NCBI GenBank assembly: GCA_023267655.1
Contig: JAHFMV010000006.1
Coordinates: forward strand, 1 to 59,292
Direction of reading: 5' to 3'
Length of the DNA: 59,292 bases
Origin: Candidatus Kaiserbacteria bacterium
GTDB lineage: Bacteria > Patescibacteriota > Minisyncoccia > Phycocordibacterales > UBA2100
Positions 26,632-35,378 of this stretch are shown in pieces. Position 1 is the stretch's first letter, and every line of letters starts with the position of its first letter. The position numbers were made by a program, and so were the translations under genes. Below the pieces are notes generated by a model. That model was not told where the DNA came from, made no database searches, and saw nothing but the letters and a program-made list of their open reading frames with translations.

Positions 26632-27078
26632 CTACGGACATGCGTCCTCCGAGATTCCCCGCCCCAAAGGCGGGGTTTCGTCTTTTAAATCCTCCCAGAG
26701 TATTCGTTGTAAGCCACGTCGAATAGTATCGAATGTTGTTCTATCCATCTTAAAAATAAGACGACGAAGTCGTTTTGTACTTATCAAACGTACCTGCGAG
26801 AGAATCGCGGCATAGGACCTCCCGGTGTGGACAAAAGGCACGTGGAACGGCGATGATTTCGGACGTGAAGTAGTTGGAATAGCGAGTACCATATCTTGGT
26901 TAAATTTCCGCAACACAACGACCGGACGTTCAAATATACTCGGACTTCCGTCCTGTTCACTTCCTATATTGACGCCGAGAGCGCACCACCATACTTCCCT
27001 CGCATTAACAAAATCGTTGAACGTAGATGTGTGTAATTGTTTCTTTCTATAATTCCACCGATCAAAGTCTTTCTCCAT
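26632..27078 (-). CDS. MazF/PemK-fold toxin-like protein 1 (148 aa)
   Basis: REVWWCALGVNIGSEQDG...RPVVVL...AIPTTS...ILSQVRLISTKRL matches the PemK/MazF pattern. No antitoxin ORF is adjacent. Confidence 0.65.
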   Translation of the reverse strand: MEKDFDRWNYRKKQLHTSTFNDFVNAREVWWCALGVNIGSEQDGSPSIFERPVVVLRKFNQDMVLAIPTTSRPKSSPFHVPFVHTGRSYAAILSQVRLISTKRLRRLIFKMDRTTFDTIRRGLQRILWEDLKDETPPLGRGISEDACP

Positions 27079-27083
27079 ACCCC

Positions 27084-27569
27084 TTACCGCGGCTGAAGAA
27101 TGTAGACAGGAGAGAATGGTGACGGTAATGTATGTTGATATCGTGGGCGTACGGCAAGAACTTTTCGTTGCACCCGACGTTGTACGATTGGTGCCTGAAG
27201 CGGCGTGGTTTCCGCAAGGAGGCGGACAATAGCCGTACTCAAGGCGCCAAACTCTTTCTCCCCAGCTTTGCCGAGGCGACGGAGGAGACGTTCAGCTTTG
27301 AGCGTGCGCATTTGTGAGAGTGCGGAAACTTTCTTGCCGTTTTTGAGACGCGGGACGTAAAGCGGTTTTCCTTTTTTACCAATATTCGTGAGTGGCAGTC
27401 CCCAAAACATGCCGTCCGTTGCTTTGCGGAACACGAGAACCGGCTTTTCAGATACACGGCGGGTCGTCGGATCGACGTGCCGGTACGACCACACTTCGCG
27501 CGACGAGTAAGCAGGCTCCGGCATCACCATCTCGTTTCTGAATAATTTTTGGAAAAGATTTTTGAACAT
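27084..27569 (-). CDS. MazF/PemK-fold toxin-like protein 2 (divergent paralog, 161 aa)
   Basis: REVWSYRHVD...KPVLVFRK...GLPLTN...ALSQMRTLKAERLLRRL aligns by eye with the 26632-27078 product. Confidence 0.5.
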   Translation of the reverse strand: MFKNLFQKLFRNEMVMPEPAYSSREVWSYRHVDPTTRRVSEKPVLVFRKATDGMFWGLPLTNIGKKGKPLYVPRLKNGKKVSALSQMRTLKAERLLRRLGKAGEKEFGALSTAIVRLLAETTPLQAPIVQRRVQRKVLAVRPRYQHTLPSPFSPVYILQPR

Positions 27570-27580
27570 ATAGATTTTGC

Positions 27581-27703
27581 GAATTCGATTAATTTTGGAT
27601 GCAGTACGAGACGCACAAGGGATTCAAGCGAGCCGTATCGAGCATACGGTGAGCGCAGGATCTCGCAGTGCAACGAAGTAATGCGCCAAAAGTAATCGAA
27701 TTC
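27581..27703 (-). other. 123-nt rod-like inverted-repeat RNA element between lexA and the toxin-like genes
   Basis: Outer arms GAATTCGATTAATTTT/AAAAGTAATCGAATTC (15/16 complementary), a middle 12-bp stem (27600-27611 / 27661-27672), and an apical hairpin CCGTAT-CGAGC-ATACGG. Confidence 0.5.
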
Positions 27704-27706
27704 ATA

Positions 27707-28276
27707 TTAGTATTTTCGTACGACGCCTGTTACTACCGCTTCTACCTTGAATGATTCCGTAGGATAGATATCAGGATATTTTTCATTGGCAGCCTCGAGG
27801 AAATACATATCCCCGATCTTGCGCAAATACTTCATCGTGAACTCGCCGTCTACCATCGCGATCACGATATCGCCCAGTTTGTAATTCGGACTGCGCTCTG
27901 CGATTACCATGTCGCCCTCTTTGATACCGGCACCGATCATCGAATCGCCTTTCACGCGCAAAATGTAACTGGATTCTTTGTTCGGCGTGAGGAATTCGTC
28001 GAAATTCATCACGTCGAGCAATTCTTCTTCTGCCGCCGACGGAAAACCGGCTTCTACGAGCCCAAGGAGCCTAACGCCGCCAGTGAGAAGATAGGGAGAG
28101 AGTCGTCCGCGAGCATCTTTCCTGACGACGTTATCGTCGACGAGTTTATTGATAAAACCGAAGACAGCGTTCTTGGATCTAAAACCCGTGAACTCCATGA
28201 TTTCTTTGTAGCCCGGAAGGCGTTTATTTTTTGTATAGAACGAAATAAGTCTGCTTTTATATGTGTCATAGGACAT
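27707..28276 (-). CDS. lexA: LexA repressor (wHTH + S24 peptidase)
   Basis: LVEAGFPS cleavage site (Ala-Gly), VKGDSM (Ser), FTMKYL (Lys). The start is moved to ATG 28276 because the track ORF start lies inside the promoter. Confidence 0.85.
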   Translation of the reverse strand: MSYDTYKSRLISFYTKNKRLPGYKEIMEFTGFRSKNAVFGFINKLVDDNVVRKDARGRLSPYLLTGGVRLLGLVEAGFPSAAEEELLDVMNFDEFLTPNKESSYILRVKGDSMIGAGIKEGDMVIAERSPNYKLGDIVIAMVDGEFTMKYLRKIGDMYFLEAANEKYPDIYPTESFKVEAVVTGVVRKY

Positions 28277-28304
28277 AGAGTTACGGATAAATTGATATAT
28301 CCGA

Positions 28305-28333
28305 AGTATAGTGAACGACGGTTCACCAGTCAA
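28305..28333 (-). promoter_or_regulatory. lexA promoter TTGACT-N17-TATACT
   Basis: -35 at 28328-28333 and -10 at 28305-28310 (minus strand). Confidence 0.65.
28311..28326. promoter_or_regulatory. LexA operator, Cheo-box type (GTGAAC-N4-GTTCAC)
   Basis: The GAAC-N4-GTTC inverted repeat lies in the spacer of the lexA promoter. Confidence 0.65.
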
Positions 28334-28363
28334 TATGAGTAGACTGTGGATAACTTTCTCCTC

Positions 28364-29032
28364 CTAGCTCACCCTCTTTCGCGTATGGTGATACCAACCG
28401 AGAGCGTAAACATCTGGCGTCAGAGAACGCATGGCGACGAGTTTGATGCAAATAAAGATGGTAAGGACGAGCGCGACAATGAGAAGCTTCGGATTCGCCA
28501 GCGCACTACCAAGGAGTACATATACGGTGAGCGATGGGATGACGCCGAGTGCCGTGCCGAGGATATACGTCCGGTATGACATGCTGGTAAGCCCTGCGCC
28601 ATAATTGATCGGATCGAACGGAGCGATCGGGATGAGCCGTAGGATCATCAGTGTGATAAAACCACGCTTCTGTACTACTTTGTCGAGTTTGCGGACGAAT
28701 TCAATGCGCGAATGACTCGCCCATTTATTGCCGAGAAAACGCGAGATGCTGAATGCGATGAGTGCCGAGACATTTTCACCGATATATCCTCCGAGAATGC
28801 CGATCCACGGACCAAATGTTGCTCCCCCGATGACAAGCATGACAGAATCCGGGATGAGGAGGATGGGACGGATGGCGTAGGCTAGGAGAAATAAAAGGAA
28901 ACTGTATTCAGGGTATAACATCACAAATTGTCTGATGTCATGAAAAAACGAACCTCCGTTGTATACGTATACTCCGACGCTGATAAGTATCGAGAACCAG
29001 AGGACAGCTGCAATAGCACGTATTGTATGCAT
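28364..29032 (-). CDS. DedA / TVP38-TMEM64 (VTT domain) membrane protein
   Basis: RFLGNKW...LRLIPIAPFDPINYGAGLT...YILGTALGVIP. Confidence 0.8.
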   Translation of the reverse strand: MHTIRAIAAVLWFSILISVGVYVYNGGSFFHDIRQFVMLYPEYSFLLFLLAYAIRPILLIPDSVMLVIGGATFGPWIGILGGYIGENVSALIAFSISRFLGNKWASHSRIEFVRKLDKVVQKRGFITLMILRLIPIAPFDPINYGAGLTSMSYRTYILGTALGVIPSLTVYVLLGSALANPKLLIVALVLTIFICIKLVAMRSLTPDVYALGWYHHTRKRVS

Positions 29033-29050
29033 ATATTCTCCGATCGTGCG

Positions 29051-30454
29051 TCACTTCGGGAAAAATGGTTCAACTTCTTTCCCGACAGCTACTTCGTATG
29101 GCAACCCCACCGGATGTGTATGCGGATGCACAACCTGACCGCTTAACTCGGGAAAACCGTCTTGTCCGAGCGGCACCTCGTATTCATACATGTCGGATGT
29201 ATCGAATGGTTTGTTGTAGAGGAATCCCCTCGTTTTTGGATACACATCACCACGACCTTTTACAAATGTATACTGGAACGTTTGCAGCGCGGAATGTTTG
29301 CTTTTAAAACCCTCGATTGAACCAAGATAGTACAACATCCAAATCCTCCTGAAACTCTCGTTATAGATTTTCGGATTGATCGCTTGTATCTTGTCCCAGT
29401 GCTCCAACATTTTTGAGAGCATCACCTCCATCGTGTCAGCATAAAGGAAATGTGTGTCCTCGAGATCAACGATGTGTAAGTCATATTTTTCGCAATATTT
29501 GAATATGTCGCCCATGCTGGGAAAATAACAACCGCGCCAGATGTATTTGCCAATGATGTAGTCCGTGTAATACCGGCTGTAGTGGCCGACATTCGTGATG
29601 ACACCGATGCCGCCGGGCTTCAACGCCTCCGAGATGTTTTTGATCCAATCTTCGACACAATCCTTGCCCGCGTGTTCAAGGACGCCGAGCGAGACATATT
29701 TGTCATATCGCTCTCTCTCATGACCGAGCTCTCGGCAATCGCGCTTTTCAATCCTGATCTTATCCTGTAAACCCATATGGATGATGCGTTCCATCATTAT
29801 GCGGTTCTGTTCGTCAACAAGTCCGTAGTTCACGACATGCGCGCCGTACTTTTTCGCCATCATGAGTGCCATCGTCCCCCACGCAGAACCAACTTCTACT
29901 ACTTTATCGCCCGGTTTTAAGCGAAGCTTCCGGCACATGTAATCATACTTTTTGAACTGTGCTTCGTTCTGCGTCTCGTGACCAGTCTGGTAATAGCCCT
30001 CTGTATACCCATACAACTCGCCATTCATGTAGTGGAAGAACTCCGCGGGCATATTGTAGTGTGCGTATAAATTGCGCTTCTCCTGCAAATAACTCCGATT
30101 ATTAAGACGCCATTCTTGCCATCGTTTGAACGCCCACGCCACGGGGTTTACCGTTTTCTCGAGCGGGCTTTTCCTCATCTCATAACTCATCCGTAGTAGT
30201 TTACGTGTAGCTTCTTTGTCACCATCCGGGCCTTCAATATCAACCTCACCAAGACGGTACATCTCGATAAACCCAATATAATTGAGGAAGAAGGTCATCC
30301 ATTCGCTGAAATTCGTATTGAACCGCACGGTAATCTCCGCATCCCCTGGAAGATTCTGGTAGGTCGATCCATTTGCAAACACGACTTTAAGGGGAAATTG
30401 TGAATCGCTTTTAGCCAAATACGAGAATGCCTTCCGTAGTACGAACCTCTTCAT
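29051..30454 (-). CDS. Cyclopropane-fatty-acyl-phospholipid-synthase-like SAM methyltransferase
   Basis: HYNMPAEFF...KLRLKPGDKVVEVGSAWGTMALMMAKKYGAHV...LGVLEHAG. The start is trimmed to MKRFVLRK. Confidence 0.8.
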   Translation of the reverse strand: MKRFVLRKAFSYLAKSDSQFPLKVVFANGSTYQNLPGDAEITVRFNTNFSEWMTFFLNYIGFIEMYRLGEVDIEGPDGDKEATRKLLRMSYEMRKSPLEKTVNPVAWAFKRWQEWRLNNRSYLQEKRNLYAHYNMPAEFFHYMNGELYGYTEGYYQTGHETQNEAQFKKYDYMCRKLRLKPGDKVVEVGSAWGTMALMMAKKYGAHVVNYGLVDEQNRIMMERIIHMGLQDKIRIEKRDCRELGHERERYDKYVSLGVLEHAGKDCVEDWIKNISEALKPGGIGVITNVGHYSRYYTDYIIGKYIWRGCYFPSMGDIFKYCEKYDLHIVDLEDTHFLYADTMEVMLSKMLEHWDKIQAINPKIYNESFRRIWMLYYLGSIEGFKSKHSALQTFQYTFVKGRGDVYPKTRGFLYNKPFDTSDMYEYEVPLGQDGFPELSGQVVHPHTHPVGLPYEVAVGKEVEPFFPK

Positions 30455-30535
30455 GCGACAATTATCGCATAGCACATTACGAGCCGATGTCCCCGTGTGG
30501 ACAGAAGTGCATAAAAAAGACGTATACTTTTCGAT

Positions 30536-31519
30536 ATGAACTACCGATACCTGCAGCCGCAGTGGCTCCTTAATGCAATCGAACGTTTCCACTCATCACG
30601 CCCGACGACACGATTCCAGTGGTGGTACTTTGATTTTGTGCTCGAAGACGGAACAGTCCTAATCGTTGCATTTGTTCCACAACAGTGGTGGCCTTCAATG
30701 TTTTCACCTGAGGTAGCAAACGCGATACTCTTTGTATCATTACGAGACCCTTTGGGCGCTATCAAACAATGGACGACAATACGTCCAAGTACAACTTTTA
30801 CGAATACGCTGGGTCGGGTCGGAATTAGCAATATAGTCTCAGTCACCAAGAAAGGCGGTGAATACCGTATCGTGCTCAACTATGAAGACATCGGCGGCGA
30901 AATTAATATCAAACGATCAATGCCTTCTTTTGCGGCCTCACCGTTTGGAATCTTGCCGACATGGCTATTGCGATTGCTCTCGCAAAAAAGAGCGCCAATC
31001 TCATATGCGGCACTTATTCCCCGTGGTGATGCGAATATTAAGCTTAAGTTAGGAAACAAAAACATAGAAGGTAGGGCGCTCGCGTATCATGAACAAGGAA
31101 GATTTGACGGCACGACGGACGAATTCCAAAGAAAAGGCTGGGTATGGGTGCATATCCTCGGCAAAGAGTGGAGCATCTTCGGCGCGGAAGACACGTTCAT
31201 GTATATGACAAACGGAAAAACTGCTATTGAACATACCTTTCCAATGCGTCGAGAGAAATTAGTCATGGCGGACAAACAATATTCCGGCGAAGAGGGACAC
31301 ATCGTGAAAGGAGCCCGGATGGAATTTAAAACCGCCGAAGTATCGCTTTCAGTAACCTTCGAACCATCAAATGAAAAAAGTCTTACCCACTGGCTCTCAA
31401 CCGACTCGCACGAGATATGGTCAATCAGTCATGCTATCGCCCACGTTCACATTGAACACAAGGGGAAACGTTATGATTTCTCGGCACCCTCTCTGCTTGA
31501 AACGGTCAGATGCCGATAA
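30536..31519 (+). CDS. CrtC/AttH-like lipocalin-fold hydratase-like protein (tentative)
   Basis: The N-terminal FQWWYFDFVLEDG resembles the EWWY motif of carotenoid 1,2-hydratase/AttH domains. A TATACT -10 box lies 7 nt upstream of the ATG. Confidence 0.35.
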   Translation: MNYRYLQPQWLLNAIERFHSSRPTTRFQWWYFDFVLEDGTVLIVAFVPQQWWPSMFSPEVANAILFVSLRDPLGAIKQWTTIRPSTTFTNTLGRVGISNIVSVTKKGGEYRIVLNYEDIGGEINIKRSMPSFAASPFGILPTWLLRLLSQKRAPISYAALIPRGDANIKLKLGNKNIEGRALAYHEQGRFDGTTDEFQRKGWVWVHILGKEWSIFGAEDTFMYMTNGKTAIEHTFPMRREKLVMADKQYSGEEGHIVKGARMEFKTAEVSLSVTFEPSNEKSLTHWLSTDSHEIWSISHAIAHVHIEHKGKRYDFSAPSLLETVRCR

Positions 31520-31522
31520 AAT

Positions 31523-33307
31523 CTATTGTTTCTTTCTTCGCACAAAAAGCAGCTCGTCCGGCAGACGGAAGAGGCCTTCGTCGTTTTTCTTTTGCTCGAT
31601 AAAGTGTGCGATAAAGCCGACGGAACGCGGGATGACAAAAAGCGCATTGAAAAATTCGGCGTCGACGAGTTCAGTGAGTTCGGTGTCGGAGAAACCTTCT
31701 TTTTCGGCGAGAATGTCGAGAAAAATCGCAGCCATCACGCCGTCGACGTTCAGAATGAGATTGCCGTTTTTCGCGGTCGTTACTTTTTCGATTTCACGGG
31801 CGAAATCGTAGTGTGGATGCTTTTTGAGGAGCGTTGCAAACTCGGCTATTGCGGCGACACGCGGATCAGGGATGCCGACGCGGTATTTCAAGTGGCCGAT
31901 GCCGAGGAGAAGTTTGCCTTCACGAGTCTTTTCTTCCACAAATTGTCCTGCTTCCTTTTTCGACGCAACACCATCAATCCACACGCGTGCCGCTTCGTTC
32001 ACCGCACCACCAAAGCGTGGACCAATCGTGAGGAGGCCGGCAGCGAGCGAGGAAACAAGATCCTTCCCCGCACGCGCCGTAATCATCGTATTCACTGCGC
32101 CGGAGACATTCCCGCCGTGGTCGATAAGGAGCGAGAAGACTGCCTCCGCGAACGCTGCAGTGACGTCGGATTTCACTTCTCTGCCGAGGATGGCTTCGAG
32201 TGATTTTTGTGCGAAGGTGGTTTCGGATGCGACAAGCTTTTTGTTCTTCACGAAGACCGGCACCGCATCCATATCGACAACTTCCCGCGTCGAGAGAATG
32301 CTTGCCTTTCGTTTTGAAAGCTCGTCCATAGGCACGACTCTATCATGGAATTCCGGCGTCGAAAGACCGCGAAGCGCTGCGAGAAATTCCGGAAACGTGT
32401 CGGGCGCGATCGCATCGACCGCGCGCAGAGCGTCGCGTTTTGCGCGAGCGCTTTCGTCTTTGTGGGCAACGAGCGCTTTCGCGTGGCCGAATTGCATGTG
32501 TTCGTCGAATGCTTCGTCGATGACCCCGGCGATATAAGCAATGACCGGCTTCGTAAGCTTTTTTGCCTTAATGAGTTCCACGATTTCATACTCATCAACG
32601 CCGCCAAGCTCGCCAAAGTAACAAATTGCTTTCGTCGCCGCGTCTTCTTCCGCGAGTGAAAGCACTTCGCCGAGAGATGAAATTGGGAACCGGTCGCCGC
32701 CGATTGAGATCGAGAATGAGACCCGCTTCCCCGCTTGCGCGACCGCAGTAATAAGCTCGTTCGTCATGCCGCCCGAAGTCGAGACGACGGCGACGGAACC
32801 AGCGGTTGCGAGTTTGCCTTGGTCGAGCTGTGCGAGGCCGATGCCGCCGATCGCACCGATTTTCAAATACCCGCCGACAAGAATGCCGACGCCCGATGGA
32901 CCCGCGATTATCTTTTCGCCACCGTATCGTTTGATGAGTTCGGTTTCGTGCCTCTCCGGGACGTTCTCGGCGAAAATGTGCCCTCCGTATGCGTCAGGAA
33001 ACGCATCAAAAAAAGCGACGGTCGAATCGAAGGCACGGCGTCCGCTCTGGACATTGAGCATCCAATTCACTTTTCCTACGAGGTGTTTAGGGAGCGCCGC
33101 AACATTCGGATAGCACGGGATGAGCACCTCGCCTTTCCCGAAGAAGAATTTGAGCGATTTGCGATTCGAGGTGATGCACGCAAGGATGGACGGCTCTTTT
33201 TTCCCGCATGCATAATCAAAATCGAGAATGGATTGGACAACACCCGGATGATTGCCGAGGACGAGCGTCTTTTGCCCTTTTTTGCGTATGTCTTGAATTG
33301 AGATCAT
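31523..33307 (-). CDS. aclA: ATP-citrate lyase alpha subunit (CoA-binding, CoA-ligase and citrate-synthase-like domains)
   Basis: SILDFDYACG, VSTSGGMTNEL, IGGDRFP, phospho-His motif QFGHAKA, C-terminal citrate-synthase-like LLGIGHLKYRVGIPDPR. The start is trimmed to MISIQD. Confidence 0.8.
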   Translation of the reverse strand: MISIQDIRKKGQKTLVLGNHPGVVQSILDFDYACGKKEPSILACITSNRKSLKFFFGKGEVLIPCYPNVAALPKHLVGKVNWMLNVQSGRRAFDSTVAFFDAFPDAYGGHIFAENVPERHETELIKRYGGEKIIAGPSGVGILVGGYLKIGAIGGIGLAQLDQGKLATAGSVAVVSTSGGMTNELITAVAQAGKRVSFSISIGGDRFPISSLGEVLSLAEEDAATKAICYFGELGGVDEYEIVELIKAKKLTKPVIAYIAGVIDEAFDEHMQFGHAKALVAHKDESARAKRDALRAVDAIAPDTFPEFLAALRGLSTPEFHDRVVPMDELSKRKASILSTREVVDMDAVPVFVKNKKLVASETTFAQKSLEAILGREVKSDVTAAFAEAVFSLLIDHGGNVSGAVNTMITARAGKDLVSSLAAGLLTIGPRFGGAVNEAARVWIDGVASKKEAGQFVEEKTREGKLLLGIGHLKYRVGIPDPRVAAIAEFATLLKKHPHYDFAREIEKVTTAKNGNLILNVDGVMAAIFLDILAEKEGFSDTELTELVDAEFFNALFVIPRSVGFIAHFIEQKKNDEGLFRLPDELLFVRRKKQ

Positions 33308-33308
33308 A

Positions 33309-34205
33309 TTATTTGAAAACGACTTTCCTATAGCTGTTGCGCGTCTTTGCCCACTTTTTCGGATCCATTTGCATAACATGAAATGCGAATCCATCGCGTT
33401 TGTCAGGAATGATAGAAAAACCATTTTTACCATCTTGAACGCGGAAAGAATTTCGAACCAGCATACTTCGCGCCTTGTGTATATCTTTCGCAACGAGGTG
33501 GATAAGTGCTATTTCTTGCATGTTCGTAAAGCGTTTCTGCAGAGGACTTTTAATCGCGCCGTGGACATTTCTATATTCTGCCGGCGTCAACCACTCTAAG
33601 AAATGCGGCCCGAGAATGAGACGTGTGGGTTTTTCCAATTTTCCGCCGAGAAGCTTTTGCCATGTCGCGGCACGTTTTTGCGGCCGTTGCGTGATGAATG
33701 TCATTCCGGTCAGTCCGTAAATTGTATTTTTTCCGATACTAACTGTATATGGCCTTGTCCAGTCGCGTCGCACATAGGTAAGCATGAATGACCAAGCGCC
33801 AGGAAGATATTTTTGAGGGATGTCTTGAAACGTCCACCAAGGATTCGAATCATTCGCCTCCTTCATTGTCTTCGACCACGTCGGCTTGAGCTTGAATCCA
33901 AGCTTGACCGCTTTTTTGTGGAATGCGTCCACGTTTTTTGATTCCCATGCAACGCCAAATGGCCTCGGATTACGTTGGAAGAACTTGTGGCTTGCAGTCT
34001 CTTTTTTATTGAACTCACTCTGATTTTCAACCCAGCAAAACTCAATGTAATCAGGACCGAAATTGACGAAACCGTTTCGCTTTCCCGGTGCGTGACGAAC
34101 CGTATTCTGATCCACGACAAATCCCGCTTTTTTGTAACGCTCCAAGTACCGATCAATATTCGGAACGTCCGCGAACGAGATGATGTGATTGAGAAAGGGC
34201 TTCAT
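33309..34205 (-). CDS. Glyoxalase-like/VOC-fold protein of unknown function
   Basis: 298 aa with an N-terminal HIISFADVPNIDRYLERYKKAGF beta-alpha-beta-like module. ATGA overlap with aclB, and 1 nt from the aclA start. Confidence 0.5.
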   Translation of the reverse strand: MKPFLNHIISFADVPNIDRYLERYKKAGFVVDQNTVRHAPGKRNGFVNFGPDYIEFCWVENQSEFNKKETASHKFFQRNPRPFGVAWESKNVDAFHKKAVKLGFKLKPTWSKTMKEANDSNPWWTFQDIPQKYLPGAWSFMLTYVRRDWTRPYTVSIGKNTIYGLTGMTFITQRPQKRAATWQKLLGGKLEKPTRLILGPHFLEWLTPAEYRNVHGAIKSPLQKRFTNMQEIALIHLVAKDIHKARSMLVRNSFRVQDGKNGFSIIPDKRDGFAFHVMQMDPKKWAKTRNSYRKVVFK

Positions 34206-35374
34206 GGTTTTACGAATTTGATGGCGTCTTCGACGGCTTTGGTGATGACCGTGTCGGAGCCGTAGATAGTGCCGAGCAATTCTTCTTTCGTGAGGAATTC
34301 GCGCATCAATTCGAGTCCTGCTTTTTCGTTCGGCCCGCCACGACGGACGAAGACCTTGATACCCTGTTTGCGCATCTCTTCGGCATTTTCCGTAAGCGCA
34401 TCAATGATGCCGGCAAATGTTTTGGCGATATCGGTAAAGTTCGCGACGCCACCCGCGATGACGAGTGCTTTTGTTTTCGCCTTTGACGCAAGACAGAGAG
34501 AGATAACTTCTCGCGCGTACAAATGCGTCTCTTCGCGCGTCGGACCACCGCTATATTCGCCGTAATTGCCGATCAAATCTCCTGCGCCTTGCAGTTGTGC
34601 TTCGTCAGCGATCACGATTGAACCGCCGCCACCGGAGAAAAGGAAAAAGAGTGCGCCGTCTTTATTGAGAACCTTGAGTGAGAGCTGCGCTGGTGTTGTT
34701 GCTGCAAGCGTTTCGACTACCTCCTCGGCTCCATGCTGCGCTTTTCCTTTTACCAGGTCGTCGTCTGTCCAATTCTTTGTGAAAAAAGCGCCCGCACTAT
34801 CCACCAAAACCGCCGCATCGAGCGGGATCGCAATGTCGTCGCGCACAACGAGCGGATTGATCTCGAGGAACGCAAAAAAGTTGTCGTTAAATTTCTGCAA
34901 AAGGTCGCGGAGGAATTTCTCATTGAGCCCTGTTTTCTTTGCCACTTTGGCGATGTCGGACTCGCCCGCAACAATAAGATTCGTAACAGCTTCCGGATGC
35001 GATTCGATCTCGATGCCGCCGTCTTTTGCGTGCAATATGCGCACGCCCTCGCGCACTCTCTCGAGCGAGAGATACTGTTCTTCTTCTGACTTGTGCGGAA
35101 ACAAGGGCTCAAGGAGGAACTGCGAGAAACCTTTTTTTGCCCAAACGGCGAAAGCATCCGCCACTTTCTTCGCATCAACATCCACCGCAACCAACCCTTG
35201 CTTCATACGCTTTTTGACGCCTTGATCCACTTTTGCGACCCACCCCATTAGAGAGCCTTTGGCCTCTAACGGGGCAAGCTTTCCTTTTTCATCCACTCGT
35301 ACAGAGATACCACGATACGAATCGCCAAGGATTATTTTCTTCGCGCGGTATTCAGTAAGCTTGACCCGCGACAT
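34202..35374 (-). CDS. aclB: ATP-citrate lyase beta subunit (ATP-grasp)
   Basis: FSGGGGSIVIAD, GNYGEYSGGPTREETHLYA, AGGVANFTDIAKTFAGI, VFVRRGGPN: ACL-specific motifs. Confidence 0.85.
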   Translation of the reverse strand: MSRVKLTEYRAKKIILGDSYRGISVRVDEKGKLAPLEAKGSLMGWVAKVDQGVKKRMKQGLVAVDVDAKKVADAFAVWAKKGFSQFLLEPLFPHKSEEEQYLSLERVREGVRILHAKDGGIEIESHPEAVTNLIVAGESDIAKVAKKTGLNEKFLRDLLQKFNDNFFAFLEINPLVVRDDIAIPLDAAVLVDSAGAFFTKNWTDDDLVKGKAQHGAEEVVETLAATTPAQLSLKVLNKDGALFFLFSGGGGSIVIADEAQLQGAGDLIGNYGEYSGGPTREETHLYAREVISLCLASKAKTKALVIAGGVANFTDIAKTFAGIIDALTENAEEMRKQGIKVFVRRGGPNEKAGLELMREFLTKEELLGTIYGSDTVITKAVEDAIKFVKP

Positions 35375-35378
35375 ATTT

